A stretch of DNA of 64,000 bases from Planctomycetota bacterium (GCA_965223265.1 OZ244999.1:5312001-5376000); one strand, 5' to 3'. Counted from the first letter of the stretch, positions 49,843-61,131 are shown. Numbers and translations: made by a program. The notes: a model not told the origin generated them from the letters alone.

Positions 49843-50270
49843 CCCGTAAAGGCAAAGTGAGTGAGAAACGCCTGGAGTTCGTCGTAACACCCGCCTGAGA
49901 ATCCGCCGCGACGACAACGAGGAGCTTAGAAAACAGAGACTCGCTGTTTTCGTTTCCCTGACGTGTTGTGTCAGGCAAGTGTTTGGCAGGCACTCCTCAC
50001 GACGCTTTCCGAATTCTTAGAATCTCTCTTCTCAGTCATCGTTCGGTCATCGCCACGTCGAATTTCAGCACTCGCTGTGAGCGTCCTGGCCGAATGGCTT
50101 CGACAAGATTCGAAATTCGAAGAACAATCAATCGCGAAAAGAAGTGACCGCTCAGCCGGACGACTGAGCCCTCAAGCCCTCATCCCAACATTCCCCTTTT
50201 CCAATCCCGTTTCTCGCGCCCCTGTGCGGGGTCGAGCACCCGAGTCCCCCAAAAGGAAGGCTCTTTCCCG

Positions 50271-50963
50271 ATGATCGTTGCCGTTGTCGGTGGCATCGCC
50301 GCAGGCAAGTCGACCGTCGTTGACTTGCTACTGGAACTGGCGCGCACTCGCGACCTGCCGCCTGGTCAGGCTGCGCCGCGCGCCGAGTCGATCAACGCCG
50401 ACGCGATCGCCCACGAAGTTCTCAACAGCCCCAGCGTCCGCTCACAGGTGGTTGAATGGCTCGGGCCCGGCGCGCTCGAGGCCGACGGGTCTGTCGATCG
50501 ACGCCAAGTCGCCGAGCGTGTGTTTTCCGACCGCGGCGCGCTCGCCCACTTGGAGAGCCTCGTCCACCCCGAGGTGCGCCGGCGCATCGCAGCGCGCATC
50601 GAGTCTTTTCGTCAAGCGGCATCGAGTAGTGACCTTCTCGTTCTCGACATTCCTTTGCTCGCCCGCACACCGTTTCCTCGCGACTGCGACTCGATTGTGT
50701 TTGTGGAAACCTCGAGCGCGGAACGCGTCCGCCGGGCGAAGGAATCCCGCGGCTGGGATGAGGCAGAGCTGAAGCGACGAGAGACAATGCAAGCGCCCAT
50801 CGCGGAGACGCGCCGACTGGCGGACTTCGTGATCGACAATTCAGGAGATCGAGAAACGACGCGGGAACAAGCGAAGCGATACATGGCGCACCTCGCAAGC
50901 GCTGCAGCCCCGGGGCCTAAAAGCCGGTTGAAAGAGTCCGAAGCACCTTCGACAGGCTGCTAA
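50271..50963 (+). CDS. coaE: dephospho-CoA kinase
   Basis: [42 protein letters not shown]. Confidence 0.92.
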   Translation: MIVAVVGGIAAGKSTVVDLLLELARTRDLPPGQAAPRAESINADAIAHEVLNSPSVRSQVVEWLGPGALEADGSVDRRQVAERVFSDRGALAHLESLVHPEVRRRIAARIESFRQAASSSDLLVLDIPLLARTPFPRDCDSIVFVETSSAERVRRAKESRGWDEAELKRRETMQAPIAETRRLADFVIDNSGDRETTREQAKRYMAHLASAAAPGPKSRLKESEAPSTGC

Positions 50964-51009
50964 ATCAACGACCAATCGAAAACATCACGCTGAACGGAGG
51001 CGGAGCACG

Positions 51010-52440
51010 ATGGCAACAGCGAAGGCCAAAAACAACTCGCGAAAGAAACGCGGCGACGGCGGCAAGGCAGCGCCGCGCGGTGGGCGCTCCAGCAGCGGGC
51101 TGCCGAGCGACGAAGAGCTCGAGGCAGAAGCGAAACAATTGGAAGCCTCGGGGACGAGCGGCGGCGAAAAGGAAGGTCTCCACATCAGCCAACTGCAGCG
51201 AATGACCGTGCCGGAGCTCCACGAGCTCGCCAAGGCGGAAGATGTGACGGAATACACCGGCCTAAAAAAGCAGGACCTGATCTTCAAGCTCCTCAAAGGC
51301 AGCGCGTCGAAAAACGGACTCATGTACGGTGAAGGCGTGCTTGAGGTTCTCCCGGACGGCTTTGGATTCTTGCGTTCGCCACGCTACAGCTATTACCCAT
51401 GTCCGGATGACATCTACGTGTCGCCGTCGCAAATCCGCCGCTTTGGTATGCACACCGGTGCGGTGATTTCGGGGCAGATTCGCCCGCCAAAGGAAAACGA
51501 GCGGTACTTCGCCTTGCTTCGCGTCGAAGCCATCAACTACGAGGAGCCAGAGAAACTCCACAGTAAGGCGAACTTTGACGACCTCACCCCGCTCTATCCG
51601 GAAGAGCGTCTCGTTCTGGAATGTGATGCGGCCAACTTCGAGACGAGAATCATCGATCTCGTCACCCCGATTGGCAAAGGGCAGCGCGGCTTGATCGTCG
51701 CACCACCGCGAACCGGCAAGACGATCTTGCTGCAAAAGATTGCTAATAGCATCACTCGCAACAATCCTGAGGTCGACTTGATCGTACTATTGATCGACGA
51801 GCGACCAGAAGAAGTGACCGACATGGAACGCTCGGTGAAGGGCGAAGTCATCAGCTCGACGTTCGACGAGCCGGCCGCCCGTCACGTCCAAGTCGCTGAA
51901 ATGGTGATCGAGAAGGCGAAGCGCATGATCGAGTATGGTCGTGACGTCGTCATCCTTCTTGATTCGATCACGCGTCTCGCACGCGCCTACAACACCGAAG
52001 TGCCGCACTCAGGCAGGATTCTCTCCGGTGGTGTGGACGCGAGCGCCCTTCAGAAACCAAAGCGCTTCTTTGGATCGGCTAGAAACATCGAAGAGGGCGG
52101 CAGCTTGACGATCATCGCAACGGCGCTTGTTGACACCGGCAGCCGCATGGACGAGGTGATCTTCGAGGAGTTCAAAGGAACCGGCAACATGGAGCTTCAT
52201 CTCGATCGTCGGCTCGCCGACAAACGCGTCTGGCCGGCCATCGATATCACCCGCTCCGGCACACGCAAAGAGGAGCTGCTACTCGACAGTGATGAGCAGC
52301 GTCGCATCTGGGTGCTCCGCAAGGTGCTGCACGACATGAACCCAGTGGAGGCGATGGAGCTGCTGACCACGAAGCTGAAGCAGCACCCAACGAATCCGGA
52401 GTTCTTGCTGTCGATGAACGCCGATCGCATCGTTTCCTAG
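51010..52440 (+). CDS. rho: transcription termination factor Rho
   Basis: [63 protein letters not shown]. Confidence 0.98.
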   Translation: MATAKAKNNSRKKRGDGGKAAPRGGRSSSGLPSDEELEAEAKQLEASGTSGGEKEGLHISQLQRMTVPELHELAKAEDVTEYTGLKKQDLIFKLLKGSASKNGLMYGEGVLEVLPDGFGFLRSPRYSYYPCPDDIYVSPSQIRRFGMHTGAVISGQIRPPKENERYFALLRVEAINYEEPEKLHSKANFDDLTPLYPEERLVLECDAANFETRIIDLVTPIGKGQRGLIVAPPRTGKTILLQKIANSITRNNPEVDLIVLLIDERPEEVTDMERSVKGEVISSTFDEPAARHVQVAEMVIEKAKRMIEYGRDVVILLDSITRLARAYNTEVPHSGRILSGGVDASALQKPKRFFGSARNIEEGGSLTIIATALVDTGSRMDEVIFEEFKGTGNMELHLDRRLADKRVWPAIDITRSGTRKEELLLDSDEQRRIWVLRKVLHDMNPVEAMELLTTKLKQHPTNPEFLLSMNADRIVS

Positions 52441-52612
52441 GGCATCGTTTGCGAAGGGCATCGTTTGCGAAGGGCATCGTTTGCGAAGGGCATCGTTTGC
52501 GAAGGGCATCGTTTGCGAAGGGCATCGTTTGCGAAGGGCATCGTTGCGAAGGGCATCGTTGCGAAGGGCATCGTTGCGAAGAGCACCGTTGCGTAAGGAC
52601 ACCGCGTCGTAG
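52426..52612. repeat. 15/16-bp tandem repeat array
   Basis: GGCATCGTTTGCGAAG x6 (52441-52536), GGCATCGTTGCGAAG x3 (52537-52581), two decayed units after and one overlapping the rho stop. Confidence 0.95.
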
Positions 52613-52807
52613 GCACAGTGTCGGCTGGACCTGCTGTCTGCCCGATCGCGACCCGGGGCAGTGCCGCCCGCTCCCGCGGGATACGATTCGCCTCGCATCA
52701 GACTTCGCGAGCCGATGGCGACGTCGATTCGCTAGCTATTTCGGGCAGTCAATCGTCGGCGTTAACTTAACAGCCCGCTCAAGCCGCTGGTTCTCGTCAG
52801 ACGTGAA

Positions 52808-53767
52808 TTACGGTTGCGAAGGTGGCCAACATGGCGGCTGTGGAAACAATCGTCGGCGCGACTCGAAGAGCCTCTGCAGTTCCGATGACGTATTGTCCAG
52901 CCCGTATTCGATGGCATAGACCAGAAATCCGCGGAGTAGTTTTGTTTTCGCGAAAACTGGAATCTGGGCCAGCATCGCATCGCTTAGAGAACAGGATTCC
53001 GCGTACCCTTCCAAGAGATTGCCGAAGACGATCCGTCGTTGATCTAGCGGGCGCCAGCTGAAAAAGTGCAGAAAGCACGCCAAGTCATACGCATACCAAT
53101 GATCGCAGCAGCCATCGAAATCGAACAGCGAGACGGAATCATTCGTGTAGTGGAGGTTTCTTACGGTGAAATCGCCGTGAACAAGGCCAAAGTCGGCAGG
53201 TTCTTCGAGAGCGGCCCAGGATCGACGTAGTTCAGTGTAGAGTGCCCACGCGGCTGTCTCGGATTCTGGGATGACACGGTCAAATTGATCCCAGCGCTCC
53301 TCGATCCATGCCAATCGAGTGAATTCACTCGGCCTCTTGTACGCCCGCAGAACGGCGTGGAGCCGCCCCAGAGTTCTGCCAGTGTTCCGACAGAACCCAC
53401 CTAAATCCGTAGGCGGCAGCTGCTCGAACGAGACGCCCGGGCACTCCGAAAAAACGCATGCCGTGAAGCTTCGCCCATCCAGCTCAATCTCCCTGGACAA
53501 TTGCCCATCGCGCGCAGGCACAGGGACGTTCGCCGGAAACGACTCGTCGTGTAAGTAGCAGAGCAGATGGAGTTCAGACTCAATTTGCTGGTTCGTGCGC
53601 CGGCTTTCCGGAGAGAACCTGAGGTAGCACACTGAGCCGTTGAGTAACACCCGATAGACAACATTGTCGAACCGCTGCACGAACCGCGCACTCTCGAACG
53701 GCCACACGGCAGCAGCAGCCGTGCACAAGTCACTTGCGAACGTCGGCGCATTAGTGCTCTCTGCCAT
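52808..53767 (-). CDS. APH/choline-kinase-like phosphotransferase
   Basis: NVVYRV, IESELHLL, GRTLGRLH, FGLVHGDF, LFDFDG, WYAYDLA. Confidence 0.88.
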   Translation of the reverse strand: MAESTNAPTFASDLCTAAAAVWPFESARFVQRFDNVVYRVLLNGSVCYLRFSPESRRTNQQIESELHLLCYLHDESFPANVPVPARDGQLSREIELDGRSFTACVFSECPGVSFEQLPPTDLGGFCRNTGRTLGRLHAVLRAYKRPSEFTRLAWIEERWDQFDRVIPESETAAWALYTELRRSWAALEEPADFGLVHGDFTVRNLHYTNDSVSLFDFDGCCDHWYAYDLACFLHFFSWRPLDQRRIVFGNLLEGYAESCSLSDAMLAQIPVFAKTKLLRGFLVYAIEYGLDNTSSELQRLFESRRRLFPQPPCWPPSQP

Positions 53768-53905
53768 CCTCGTGCGTCGTCCACGTTCAATTCAGCGGGC
53801 GAGAGACCGGTCGTGGTACGCACGGCGATTTCGCCGCGGCCTGACCGCACAAGTTTTCCGTGATTCGAAGCCAGTTGTGCGGCGCTTCAGAACGACAGGA
53901 GCAAG

Positions 53906-54028
53906 CAGCCCGCCTGAAAAAGTCATTCGGCTGAGACCGGCCTCTTCACGCCGAAGTCAGCCGCGGCGAGCCTCGCCGTGTAGATCTTATAGAAGAGGCC
54001 CGGAGATTACCTGCGTTCGCCGCGGCTG
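53906..54028 (-). mobile_element. truncated copy of the MITE-like element, reverse orientation
   Basis: CAGCCCGCCTGAAAAAGTCATTCGGCTGAG...CTTATAGAAGAGG...GGAGATTACCTGCGTTCGCCGCGGCTG; outer part of the other arm missing. Confidence 0.8.
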
Positions 54029-54038
54029 CTCAACGCTG

Positions 54039-55445
54039 TCAACGCGAACGACGACGGATGGAGACGACGCGCTGTAGGGTCTTAGGGTTGCGGCCGTCGT
54101 CGTCGACGATGCGCAGCGTGATCCGCACTGCGGCCGGCAGAAACGCCGCTTTATACAGGATCCCGGTCTGATTCTGGTTGTTCCAATCTGTTGAGTCGAT
54201 GATTTCGTTGAACTCAAGCAAACCGCCGAAATTCGCCTTCACCGTGTAGTCGCCGGAGGGGAACCGCGCCAACTGAGAGACGCTGCCGCCGGATCCCGGG
54301 GTTCGACCCGCGCGGTTCGACTCCGTGAAGACGAACATTTTGTCGCCCGGCACGAGCTGGGCAAACTGAATCGAACGATCTCCCTGGAATCCGAACATCG
54401 TCGACTTGTGCTGCCCCTGATTGAAACCAACATTGCGATCTCCGCGCGCGCCCGAGTACGCACTCGCTTTCGGAAACCCAGCATCGAGCTTCATACTGCC
54501 GTAGCCGAAGTGCTTTCTGTACGAGTTCGCGCGACGATCGAACACCGGGCGCACGGCGAGCTCGGGTGAGTCCTCATACTCTTCCTTCGGCGTATAGTAC
54601 CGAAGACTGGCCTTGCCGCCGATGTTGAGAAGCCGAGGCTCGCTGGTGTACTCGACGCGAAAATCAGTGACGTTCGTTGCAAGATCGATCACGCGACGCT
54701 CAACTGGAGTCGTCGCCTGCTTGAGAATTATGTCCGGGGTGATGTTGTAGTAGCGCACGACTTTCGTCAACGTCAGGTCGCGGGCATGCAAACGATCGGT
54801 GATCCTAGTCGGAGGATCGTGGATCTTGTCGTCATCGCCGTCGAGCCGGCGTGGATCTGCGAGGAAGTACTCGACGTTCGCGAGGCGCATTGCCTTATCG
54901 ACGTAGGTGATCGTCTGGAAGTACAGGCGGTACGCGTCGTGCACGTACTCATCCGCCTGATCGAATGACGTCTTCTCCGGCTCGTTACTGATGTAGCTAC
55001 CCTGCTGGATGAACGCGAATTCATCGAAATCCCCGATAGCCCCGCCGTCGAGCACCCCCTTGCCCCACTCGTCGCTTCGGTCCGGGGCTTCTTCGCCTGG
55101 ATCCCAGTGGTCGTTGAGCGATCCACCGCGACCGCGGCCATCCTGATAGAACTCGAGTTCGGACGTCGGCACCCATCCCTTCAAGTCCTCTTCCAGAGAG
55201 CGCAGCGCGTAGCGAAAACGGTTGTAGACTTCTACTTTGTTAACAGTCTCCTCGTACGTCACTCGCGCTTGCGAAGAGATCGACATGATCGACATGGAGA
55301 TGATCGCCGCCAGTCCGAGCGCGACCATCAGCTCGATCAGCGTGAATCCGCGCGTTCGTGGAGACGACGACACGCCGCAATCGCCCGTCGTGTCGAGACG
55401 TTTCGCGTGCAAGTGAAGCCGCCCTCTCGTATGGAGCCGGTTCAT
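54039..55445 (-). CDS. type IV prepilin-like protein (GspJ/PilW-like)
   Basis: RG-FTLIELMVALGLAAII; C-terminal LPAAVRITL; ATGA overlap with the upstream gene. Confidence 0.8.
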   Translation of the reverse strand: MNRLHTRGRLHLHAKRLDTTGDCGVSSSPRTRGFTLIELMVALGLAAIISMSIMSISSQARVTYEETVNKVEVYNRFRYALRSLEEDLKGWVPTSELEFYQDGRGRGGSLNDHWDPGEEAPDRSDEWGKGVLDGGAIGDFDEFAFIQQGSYISNEPEKTSFDQADEYVHDAYRLYFQTITYVDKAMRLANVEYFLADPRRLDGDDDKIHDPPTRITDRLHARDLTLTKVVRYYNITPDIILKQATTPVERRVIDLATNVTDFRVEYTSEPRLLNIGGKASLRYYTPKEEYEDSPELAVRPVFDRRANSYRKHFGYGSMKLDAGFPKASAYSGARGDRNVGFNQGQHKSTMFGFQGDRSIQFAQLVPGDKMFVFTESNRAGRTPGSGGSVSQLARFPSGDYTVKANFGGLLEFNEIIDSTDWNNQNQTGILYKAAFLPAAVRITLRIVDDDGRNPKTLQRVVSIRRRSR

Positions 55446-56386
55446 ATCGCCACCTCGAAATCAAGCTCGTAGATCGGCGGCTCCACCAACGATGCGTCGT
55501 CATCGCTTTCGGGCGAATAATGGAACGACCGAAAAACCATAACGCGCACGTGGAAGAGACGCAGCGCCGGGATGAATGTGCTCACGTTCGGACTCAGGTT
55601 CGAGTCCTCAAGACTCGGTGAAATCGCAAAAGCATACGAAAACTGCCGCAACGTATCGATTTGCTGATCCGGAAGCGCGTCGGGTGTCCCCTCCTCCGGC
55701 AACAGATTGCCGAGCGAATAGGTCTTCTTGACCAAGATGTCTTCGAACTCGCGGCCATCTGCCGCCGTGCGCATGATGACGTCGTTATTTGCCCGCAGGC
55801 GTCGACCACCACCGTTCGCCGGTGAATCAGATTCCGGATAGCAGAAAGTCTGCATGCGCGCGAGCGCATTCCTGCGCCGACTCCGCCCGGAGAAACCAGA
55901 GCCGCCGCGTCGATACCCAGGCAGCAGGATATAGTAGTCCTTCCTATGGTCTTCCTGTGCGCGCACGGCCGGAATCCTATCCATGACGCCGTCGTGCTTG
56001 AAGACGAAGTATTCATCGCCGACTCGATTGAAGCGGCGTTGATTGCGCAGGCCCTCGCGAATCGCATCGGCGACCGACTCGGCGATCACAATCGCCGTCG
56101 AGTTGTCCATGACTTTCTTGCTATTGAAGATCGCCACGGGAAAGAGCGCCAGGATGCCGACGAGCCCCAAAGTCAGGATCGCTGTAGCGATCATGATCTC
56201 CATGATCGTGAAGCCATGCTGCCGTCGTTGACGCGCGTACCGGCGGACCGATGCCCACTCCTGCGAGCCACTTCCTGAGCGCCCTCCTGAACGACGTCGC
56301 GCCCCTTCAACTCTCGCGAGCAGCGGGTTCCTCATCATTGGTGCCATCCGTTCTGTCGTCGTCTCCAATCGCTCAATCGTCGACAC
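55442..56386 (-). CDS. type IV prepilin-like protein (PilV/GspI-like)
   Basis: HG-FTIMEIMIATAILTLGLVGILALFP; start uncertain. Confidence 0.8.
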   Translation of the reverse strand: MSTIERLETTTERMAPMMRNPLLARVEGARRRSGGRSGSGSQEWASVRRYARQRRQHGFTIMEIMIATAILTLGLVGILALFPVAIFNSKKVMDNSTAIVIAESVADAIREGLRNQRRFNRVGDEYFVFKHDGVMDRIPAVRAQEDHRKDYYILLPGYRRGGSGFSGRSRRRNALARMQTFCYPESDSPANGGGRRLRANNDVIMRTAADGREFEDILVKKTYSLGNLLPEEGTPDALPDQQIDTLRQFSYAFAISPSLEDSNLSPNVSTFIPALRLFHVRVMVFRSFHYSPESDDDASLVEPPIYELDFEVAI

Positions 56387-56413
56387 CGTCCATCAACAGA
56401 AAACATCACGTCC

Positions 56414-57208
56414 TCACGACCTCTTGCGCCTTCGACGTTTTTTCTTCTTCTTGGAATCTTCTGCTTCCAAGGAAGGACGCCGCGGCTCCTCAGCGAGAGA
56501 CACCGTCCGTGAACGATTCTGTCCCGTACGCTGGATATCTATGAAACACCCTGTCGGGTTCCCAACATTGTAAACAATAATGTCAGCGCCCTTGGGTGGG
56601 TCTTCCTGCAGGGCTATGGAGGAAACATCCGACCCCACATCGAAGCGAACGGACCCATCACGTAAGAAGGTCAGCGTCGGAATGTCTCTGAGATTCAGCT
56701 GCTTCTCCTCCTGTTGTTGACGACGACGGCGAGCGCGACGTGAGCGACGCGAGCTCTTCGACGAATCGTCATCGATGACGGGGACGTTCTTTTCCTCCCA
56801 CTCGGCGTAACTCTGGAGTCGAAGATTCGGGCGCTCGTTCAAAAACCCGAGCACGTACCAGATGCTTCCGTCGGCGATCGGGGTGCCTTTGACGGCGAAG
56901 TTCTCGTCGACGAACTTATTCTCACGCGCGCTAAAAACGCGTATGCCTTCTCGAAAGAAAACGAGTTGCACCTCACTACGCTCGTTCACAGCCCGAAGCC
57001 GGGCAGCGCTGATCGCCCCCCGAATGAGCGAGACCGACTGGTCGAGCTGACGCTGCTTGAAGTACTCAGTGATGCTTGGCGTCATCATCCCAGCCGCCAG
57101 CACAATGATGCCGATTACGACCATGAGCTCGATCATGGTGAAGCCGCTGCGAGGGTGCGTCGAGCAGCGGTGAAACTTCAACATCGACATTGGCGCAAGC
57201 TCCTTCAT
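56414..57208 (-). CDS. type IV prepilin-like protein (GspH/FimT-like)
   Basis: SG-FTMIELMVVIGII...P; AARLRAV; LTFLRDGS; ATGA overlap at 57205-57208. Confidence 0.8.
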   Translation of the reverse strand: MKELAPMSMLKFHRCSTHPRSGFTMIELMVVIGIIVLAAGMMTPSITEYFKQRQLDQSVSLIRGAISAARLRAVNERSEVQLVFFREGIRVFSARENKFVDENFAVKGTPIADGSIWYVLGFLNERPNLRLQSYAEWEEKNVPVIDDDSSKSSRRSRRARRRRQQQEEKQLNLRDIPTLTFLRDGSVRFDVGSDVSSIALQEDPPKGADIIVYNVGNPTGCFIDIQRTGQNRSRTVSLAEEPRRPSLEAEDSKKKKKRRRRKRS

Positions 57209-57969
57209 GACTCGAATTGAGTCAGATTCCATGTTCCCATCGGCAGACACTCGGGTTCTTCTTCGTCGTGCCCACGCGGTCCGTGCGACCAAATGTCGAA
57301 CCGACCTCGATTCTGAATCCCACGCCGGCGAACGACCTCCTTACCGTCGATCGTGTTCTTCGCAGCGCGCGGATCGTCGGGATGCCAATCGGTCACTGGC
57401 GGAAAGTGGACACTTCCGTCCTGAGGCACAAAGCGGTCATTCGCGACGTTGTCGTAGTGCATCGGCTCCCCAAAGCCGTCGATGATCTCGAATACACCGT
57501 CGTAATCATCCGAAAGCTCCGCACTCTTGATGGAAGCGACCGGTGGCAGCTCGCGGAGGCGCACTCGACTGCCCACGATATCATCTGCGATCACCGAACG
57601 ACTCAGTTGGTAGTGCAGCGCACCGACACCGCGAAGGCGCGTGCCGGTGTCACTCTCATACGGCTCGTCGAGTCCGTCCTTCGGATAACTCCCCTTCAGG
57701 CTGCGATACTCCTCCGCCCACGACTCGAGCCGGCGGATAATCGACACGGTCGCTTTCACTTGAGCCCTTTCCAAGAAGGGCCCAACGGTGACGACGACAA
57801 GACTGAAGAGCGTCGCGAGAATCGCCACCACGACGAGGAGCTCGATGAGAGTGAACCCGGTCCGTCGTCCCATCCAAACCCGTCCCCTCGGAATGCTGCA
57901 CCGGCGACGTGCAGTCCGACGCGCGCCGCTGGCGACACTCTGGCTCAAGTTGGCAGGTTGAATGCGCAT
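57205..57969 (-). CDS. type IV prepilin-like protein (GspG-like)
   Basis: TG-FTLIELLVVVAILATL; DGFGEPMHY; FDIWSHGP; start uncertain. Confidence 0.8.
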   Translation of the reverse strand: MRIQPANLSQSVASGARRTARRRCSIPRGRVWMGRRTGFTLIELLVVVAILATLFSLVVVTVGPFLERAQVKATVSIIRRLESWAEEYRSLKGSYPKDGLDEPYESDTGTRLRGVGALHYQLSRSVIADDIVGSRVRLRELPPVASIKSAELSDDYDGVFEIIDGFGEPMHYDNVANDRFVPQDGSVHFPPVTDWHPDDPRAAKNTIDGKEVVRRRGIQNRGRFDIWSHGPRGHDEEEPECLPMGTWNLTQFES

Positions 57970-57995
57970 CTGCAATGATTCACCAATGAGGAGGC

Positions 57996-58613
57996 CTACC
58001 AATTACCGATGTCATCGTTCTCGTCATCGCTACCGGTCTTGGTCTGGTCGGTAGCGTCCGGCCCTAGGCTGTAGAGATCCGCGCCCCTTCGCTTGTGCAT
58101 GTAGGGACGAGGCCTGCGCCCCTTGTTGCTGCGGTAGACAAGCGGTGTCCCCCAGGCATCGACCATGTACTTTTTCACCCGCGGCTCGAAGAGCTCGCTG
58201 CGTGTGGCCGGGCGGTAGGCGTCTTCGGCTTCATCCCAAACGCGGACCTTATCCTCCTTCAACTCAATGTAGGGAGCGCCGCGTCCACCCGGACCGTTGG
58301 GCTTGGGATCACCGAAAATCGCGTTGAACAAAAGCGGAAACTGATTGTCGTCGGCACCGATCTTTTTCGCATCCTGACCCGGAAACACACCTTCATCAAG
58401 AACGTAGCGCTGCAGCGCCTGATCGAGCGACGAAATATCGCTTGTGGTCACCGACTTGTTCGATCGTTCGCGCACCGTGGAAATACCCGTCATGGCGAGA
58501 CCGGCGAGGATACCGATGATCGCAATAACGATGAGAAGCTCGATCAATGTGAAACCAGAGGCTCCTCTCGCGCGCGGCGAACGACAATCGCTTTGGTTGA
58601 CTTGCGTGACCAT
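57996..58613 (-). CDS. major pseudopilin GspG-like
   Basis: SG-FTLIELLIVIAIIGILAGL; ALQRYVLDEGVFP; APYI; DAWGTPLVY; DLYSLGPD...DDIGNW GspG terminus. Confidence 0.85.
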   Translation of the reverse strand: MVTQVNQSDCRSPRARGASGFTLIELLIVIAIIGILAGLAMTGISTVRERSNKSVTTSDISSLDQALQRYVLDEGVFPGQDAKKIGADDNQFPLLFNAIFGDPKPNGPGGRGAPYIELKEDKVRVWDEAEDAYRPATRSELFEPRVKKYMVDAWGTPLVYRSNKGRRPRPYMHKRRGADLYSLGPDATDQTKTGSDDENDDIGNW

Positions 58614-59150
58614 AAAACAGAACTCCACTTGCTAAAGGCGAATAAACACGAAGACGATTCCGGCAGTTCTTCACCACCGCAGCCCGAAAGTCGATGACGC
58701 ACCGCATACGGTCTACGATCGTCGTCGTTTCGATACAGTCTCTCGATGTCTGTTCGGCCGACTACTGACGACACCAAACGACGAACGCGCCACCCACGTG
58801 AGCTACTTCTCTGAAGTCACCCGAAGCCAACGCGGCTAGCTAACCCGCTTAACCCATTCCACGACAGGCGCTTCAGGCGAATCTCAAGGATAGCGTGTCG
58901 CCGGTTTGGGCGCAACAGGGCCGCCGCGCGGCTCTCCGTAGGATCTCCAGGAAAAGCGGAGCCGCTCTCTTGGCTGAGGCGTCCGAATTCGTCTCCGTTC
59001 TCCGGCAGAAGACGTGGCCAACGGCACGCCTGTTGCGCAGAATCCGCGGCGGCGGGAGGAATTCTCGCCATAACCGGAGGGCGAGGATGGCCCCAACAAG
59101 GTGCGAATCTCCGCCGTCGGAGCTGCGAGAGAGCCGCACGAGAGCCGCAG

Positions 59151-60500
59151 TCACGGCATGAAATATTCCTCGAGAAAGCCGGTGTCGACTTTCCCTTTGA
59201 CGAAATGGAAGTGCTGGAAGATCTCTTTGTGGAGCGGAATCGTCGTGGCGACGCCCTCGATGCGCAGCTCATCGAGCGCCCGCCGCATCCCCGCCAGGGC
59301 GGCGGCTCGGTCCTCCCCCCAAAAAACCAGCTTGGCGATCATGGAATCGTAAAACGGCGGCACCGCATATCCGGTGTAAACGTGCGTGTCGACGCGGACA
59401 CCCCGTCCGCCCGGCACCTCGAAGCGCGTCACGGTGCCCGGCGACGGCTTGAAGTCGTTGGCGGGATCTTCGGCGTTGATGCGGCACTCGAACGCCCAGC
59501 CGCGCAGCTCGATGTCGTCCTGCGTCATCGACAGGGGCTCTCCCGAGGCGATGCGAATCTGCTCCTTAATGATGTCGACACCGGTGATCATCTCCGTGAC
59601 CGGATGCTCCACCTGAACGCGAGTGTTGACTTCGATGAAGTAGAAATTCTCGTCGCGGTCGACAAGGAACTCGACCGTCCCGGCATTGGCATAGCCCGCC
59701 GCGCGCGCCAGTGAGGTGGCCGCCTCGCCCATAGCGCGCCGCATGTCTTCAGTGATGCTGGGAGACGGCGCTTCTTCGACGAGCTTTTGATGGCGGCGCT
59801 GGAGACTGCAATCTCGTTCGCCGAGGTGGACGACGTTGCCGTGCTCGTCCGCCAAGATCTGGATCTCGACGTGGCGCGGCTTCTCGACGAGCTTTTCGAT
59901 GTAGACGTCAGGGTTATTGAACGCCCCTTCCGCCTCGACGCGCGCCGCCATGAAGCCGCTCATCAGACTGATATCGTTGTGTGCAACGCGCATGCCGCGG
60001 CCACCGCCACCGGCGACCGCCTTGATCATGACGGGATAGCCGATACCGCGCGCAACCTCGAGTGCCTGCTGTTCGTTCTTGATCACCCCGTCGCTTCCAG
60101 GGACACACGGCACGCCGCTCTTGGCGGCGAGTTCACGCGCCTGGCCCTTGTCACCAAGGAAGCGGATAGCATGAACGCTTGGGCCGATGAACTTGATGTG
60201 GCACGACTCACAAACCTCAGCAAAATGAGGATTCTCTGCCAAAAAACCATACCCCGGGTGGATGGCGTCGACGTCCGCGATCTCGGCAGCGCTGATGATC
60301 TTCGAGATATCCAAATAGCTCTGCAGACTCGGCCCCGGACCTATGCAGATCGTCTCGTCAGCAAACTCCAGGTGGAGCCCGTTCTTGTCCGCCTCCGAGT
60401 AGACGGCGACGGTCTCGATATCGAGTTCCTTGCAGGCGCGGAGAATGCGCAGCGCAATCTCGCCACGGTTGGCGATGAGAATCCGCGAGAGCTTCTTCAC
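59151..60500 (-). CDS. accC: acetyl-CoA carboxylase biotin carboxylase
   Basis: [60 protein letters not shown]. Confidence 0.97.
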   Translation of the reverse strand: MKKLSRILIANRGEIALRILRACKELDIETVAVYSEADKNGLHLEFADETICIGPGPSLQSYLDISKIISAAEIADVDAIHPGYGFLAENPHFAEVCESCHIKFIGPSVHAIRFLGDKGQARELAAKSGVPCVPGSDGVIKNEQQALEVARGIGYPVMIKAVAGGGGRGMRVAHNDISLMSGFMAARVEAEGAFNNPDVYIEKLVEKPRHVEIQILADEHGNVVHLGERDCSLQRRHQKLVEEAPSPSITEDMRRAMGEAATSLARAAGYANAGTVEFLVDRDENFYFIEVNTRVQVEHPVTEMITGVDIIKEQIRIASGEPLSMTQDDIELRGWAFECRINAEDPANDFKPSPGTVTRFEVPGGRGVRVDTHVYTGYAVPPFYDSMIAKLVFWGEDRAAALAGMRRALDELRIEGVATTIPLHKEIFQHFHFVKGKVDTGFLEEYFMP

Positions 60501-60985
60501 TCGGTGTCGATTCTAAAAAGTGGTTGACCGAACTCGACCGCGTCGGTGTTCTTGACGAGAATCTCGCGGACGACGCCCGAGACTCCAGCGCGAATCTCGT
60601 TCATCACCTTCATCGCTTCGATGATGCAGAGGACCGTCTCAGCGTCGACCTTGTCGCCCTCGCGCACGAATGGCTCCGCCTCTGGACTCGGCGAGCGGTA
60701 GAAGCTGCCGACCAACGGCGACGTCACTTCGTGGCCCGATGGAGCTTCGGGCGTCGCGGCGGTCTCTGCGGCGCCCGCCGGCGCCATCTCTGCAGGCATC
60801 GGCGCGGCGGCCGAAGCTGCCGGCGCGGCATAGCTGATGATCTCTCGCGGCGCCTGCGGCTCGCTGCGGCGCAAGCGAATCCGCTGTCCTTCGCCTTCGA
60901 GCTCGAGCTCGCTCAATTCGTATCGCCCCATGAGCTCGAGAAGGGACTCGAGGTCCTTGAGGTCCCGGAACTTGGTCAGATCCAT
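60497..60985 (-). CDS. accB: biotin carboxyl carrier protein
   Basis: A/P-rich linker; [13 protein letters not shown]; [11 protein letters not shown]; VEFGQPLF; start taken as ATG 60985. Confidence 0.96.
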   Translation of the reverse strand: MDLTKFRDLKDLESLLELMGRYELSELELEGEGQRIRLRRSEPQAPREIISYAAPAASAAAPMPAEMAPAGAAETAATPEAPSGHEVTSPLVGSFYRSPSPEAEPFVREGDKVDAETVLCIIEAMKVMNEIRAGVSGVVREILVKNTDAVEFGQPLFRIDTE

Positions 60986-61131
60986 GCGCCCTTCTACCAA
61001 TCCGAAGTCAGCAGCTTGCGATTCACCACCGGTGCGCCTCTCGAAGCAGCAGTCCGAAAGAGCAGGCGGAAACAACAAACCGCAACATAAATGTCGAATC
61101 TAAAAGAAGTTATATCGATCGAGGCGGCCAG

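Noticed and set aside
52441-52612. CRISPR array
   Set aside because: Units are 15-16 bp and contiguous, with no unique spacers and no cas genes in the window
59022-59037. Sigma54-like motif CGGCACG-N4-TTGC near the pilin cluster
   Set aside because: On the + strand, pointing away from the minus-strand pilins and antisense into accC
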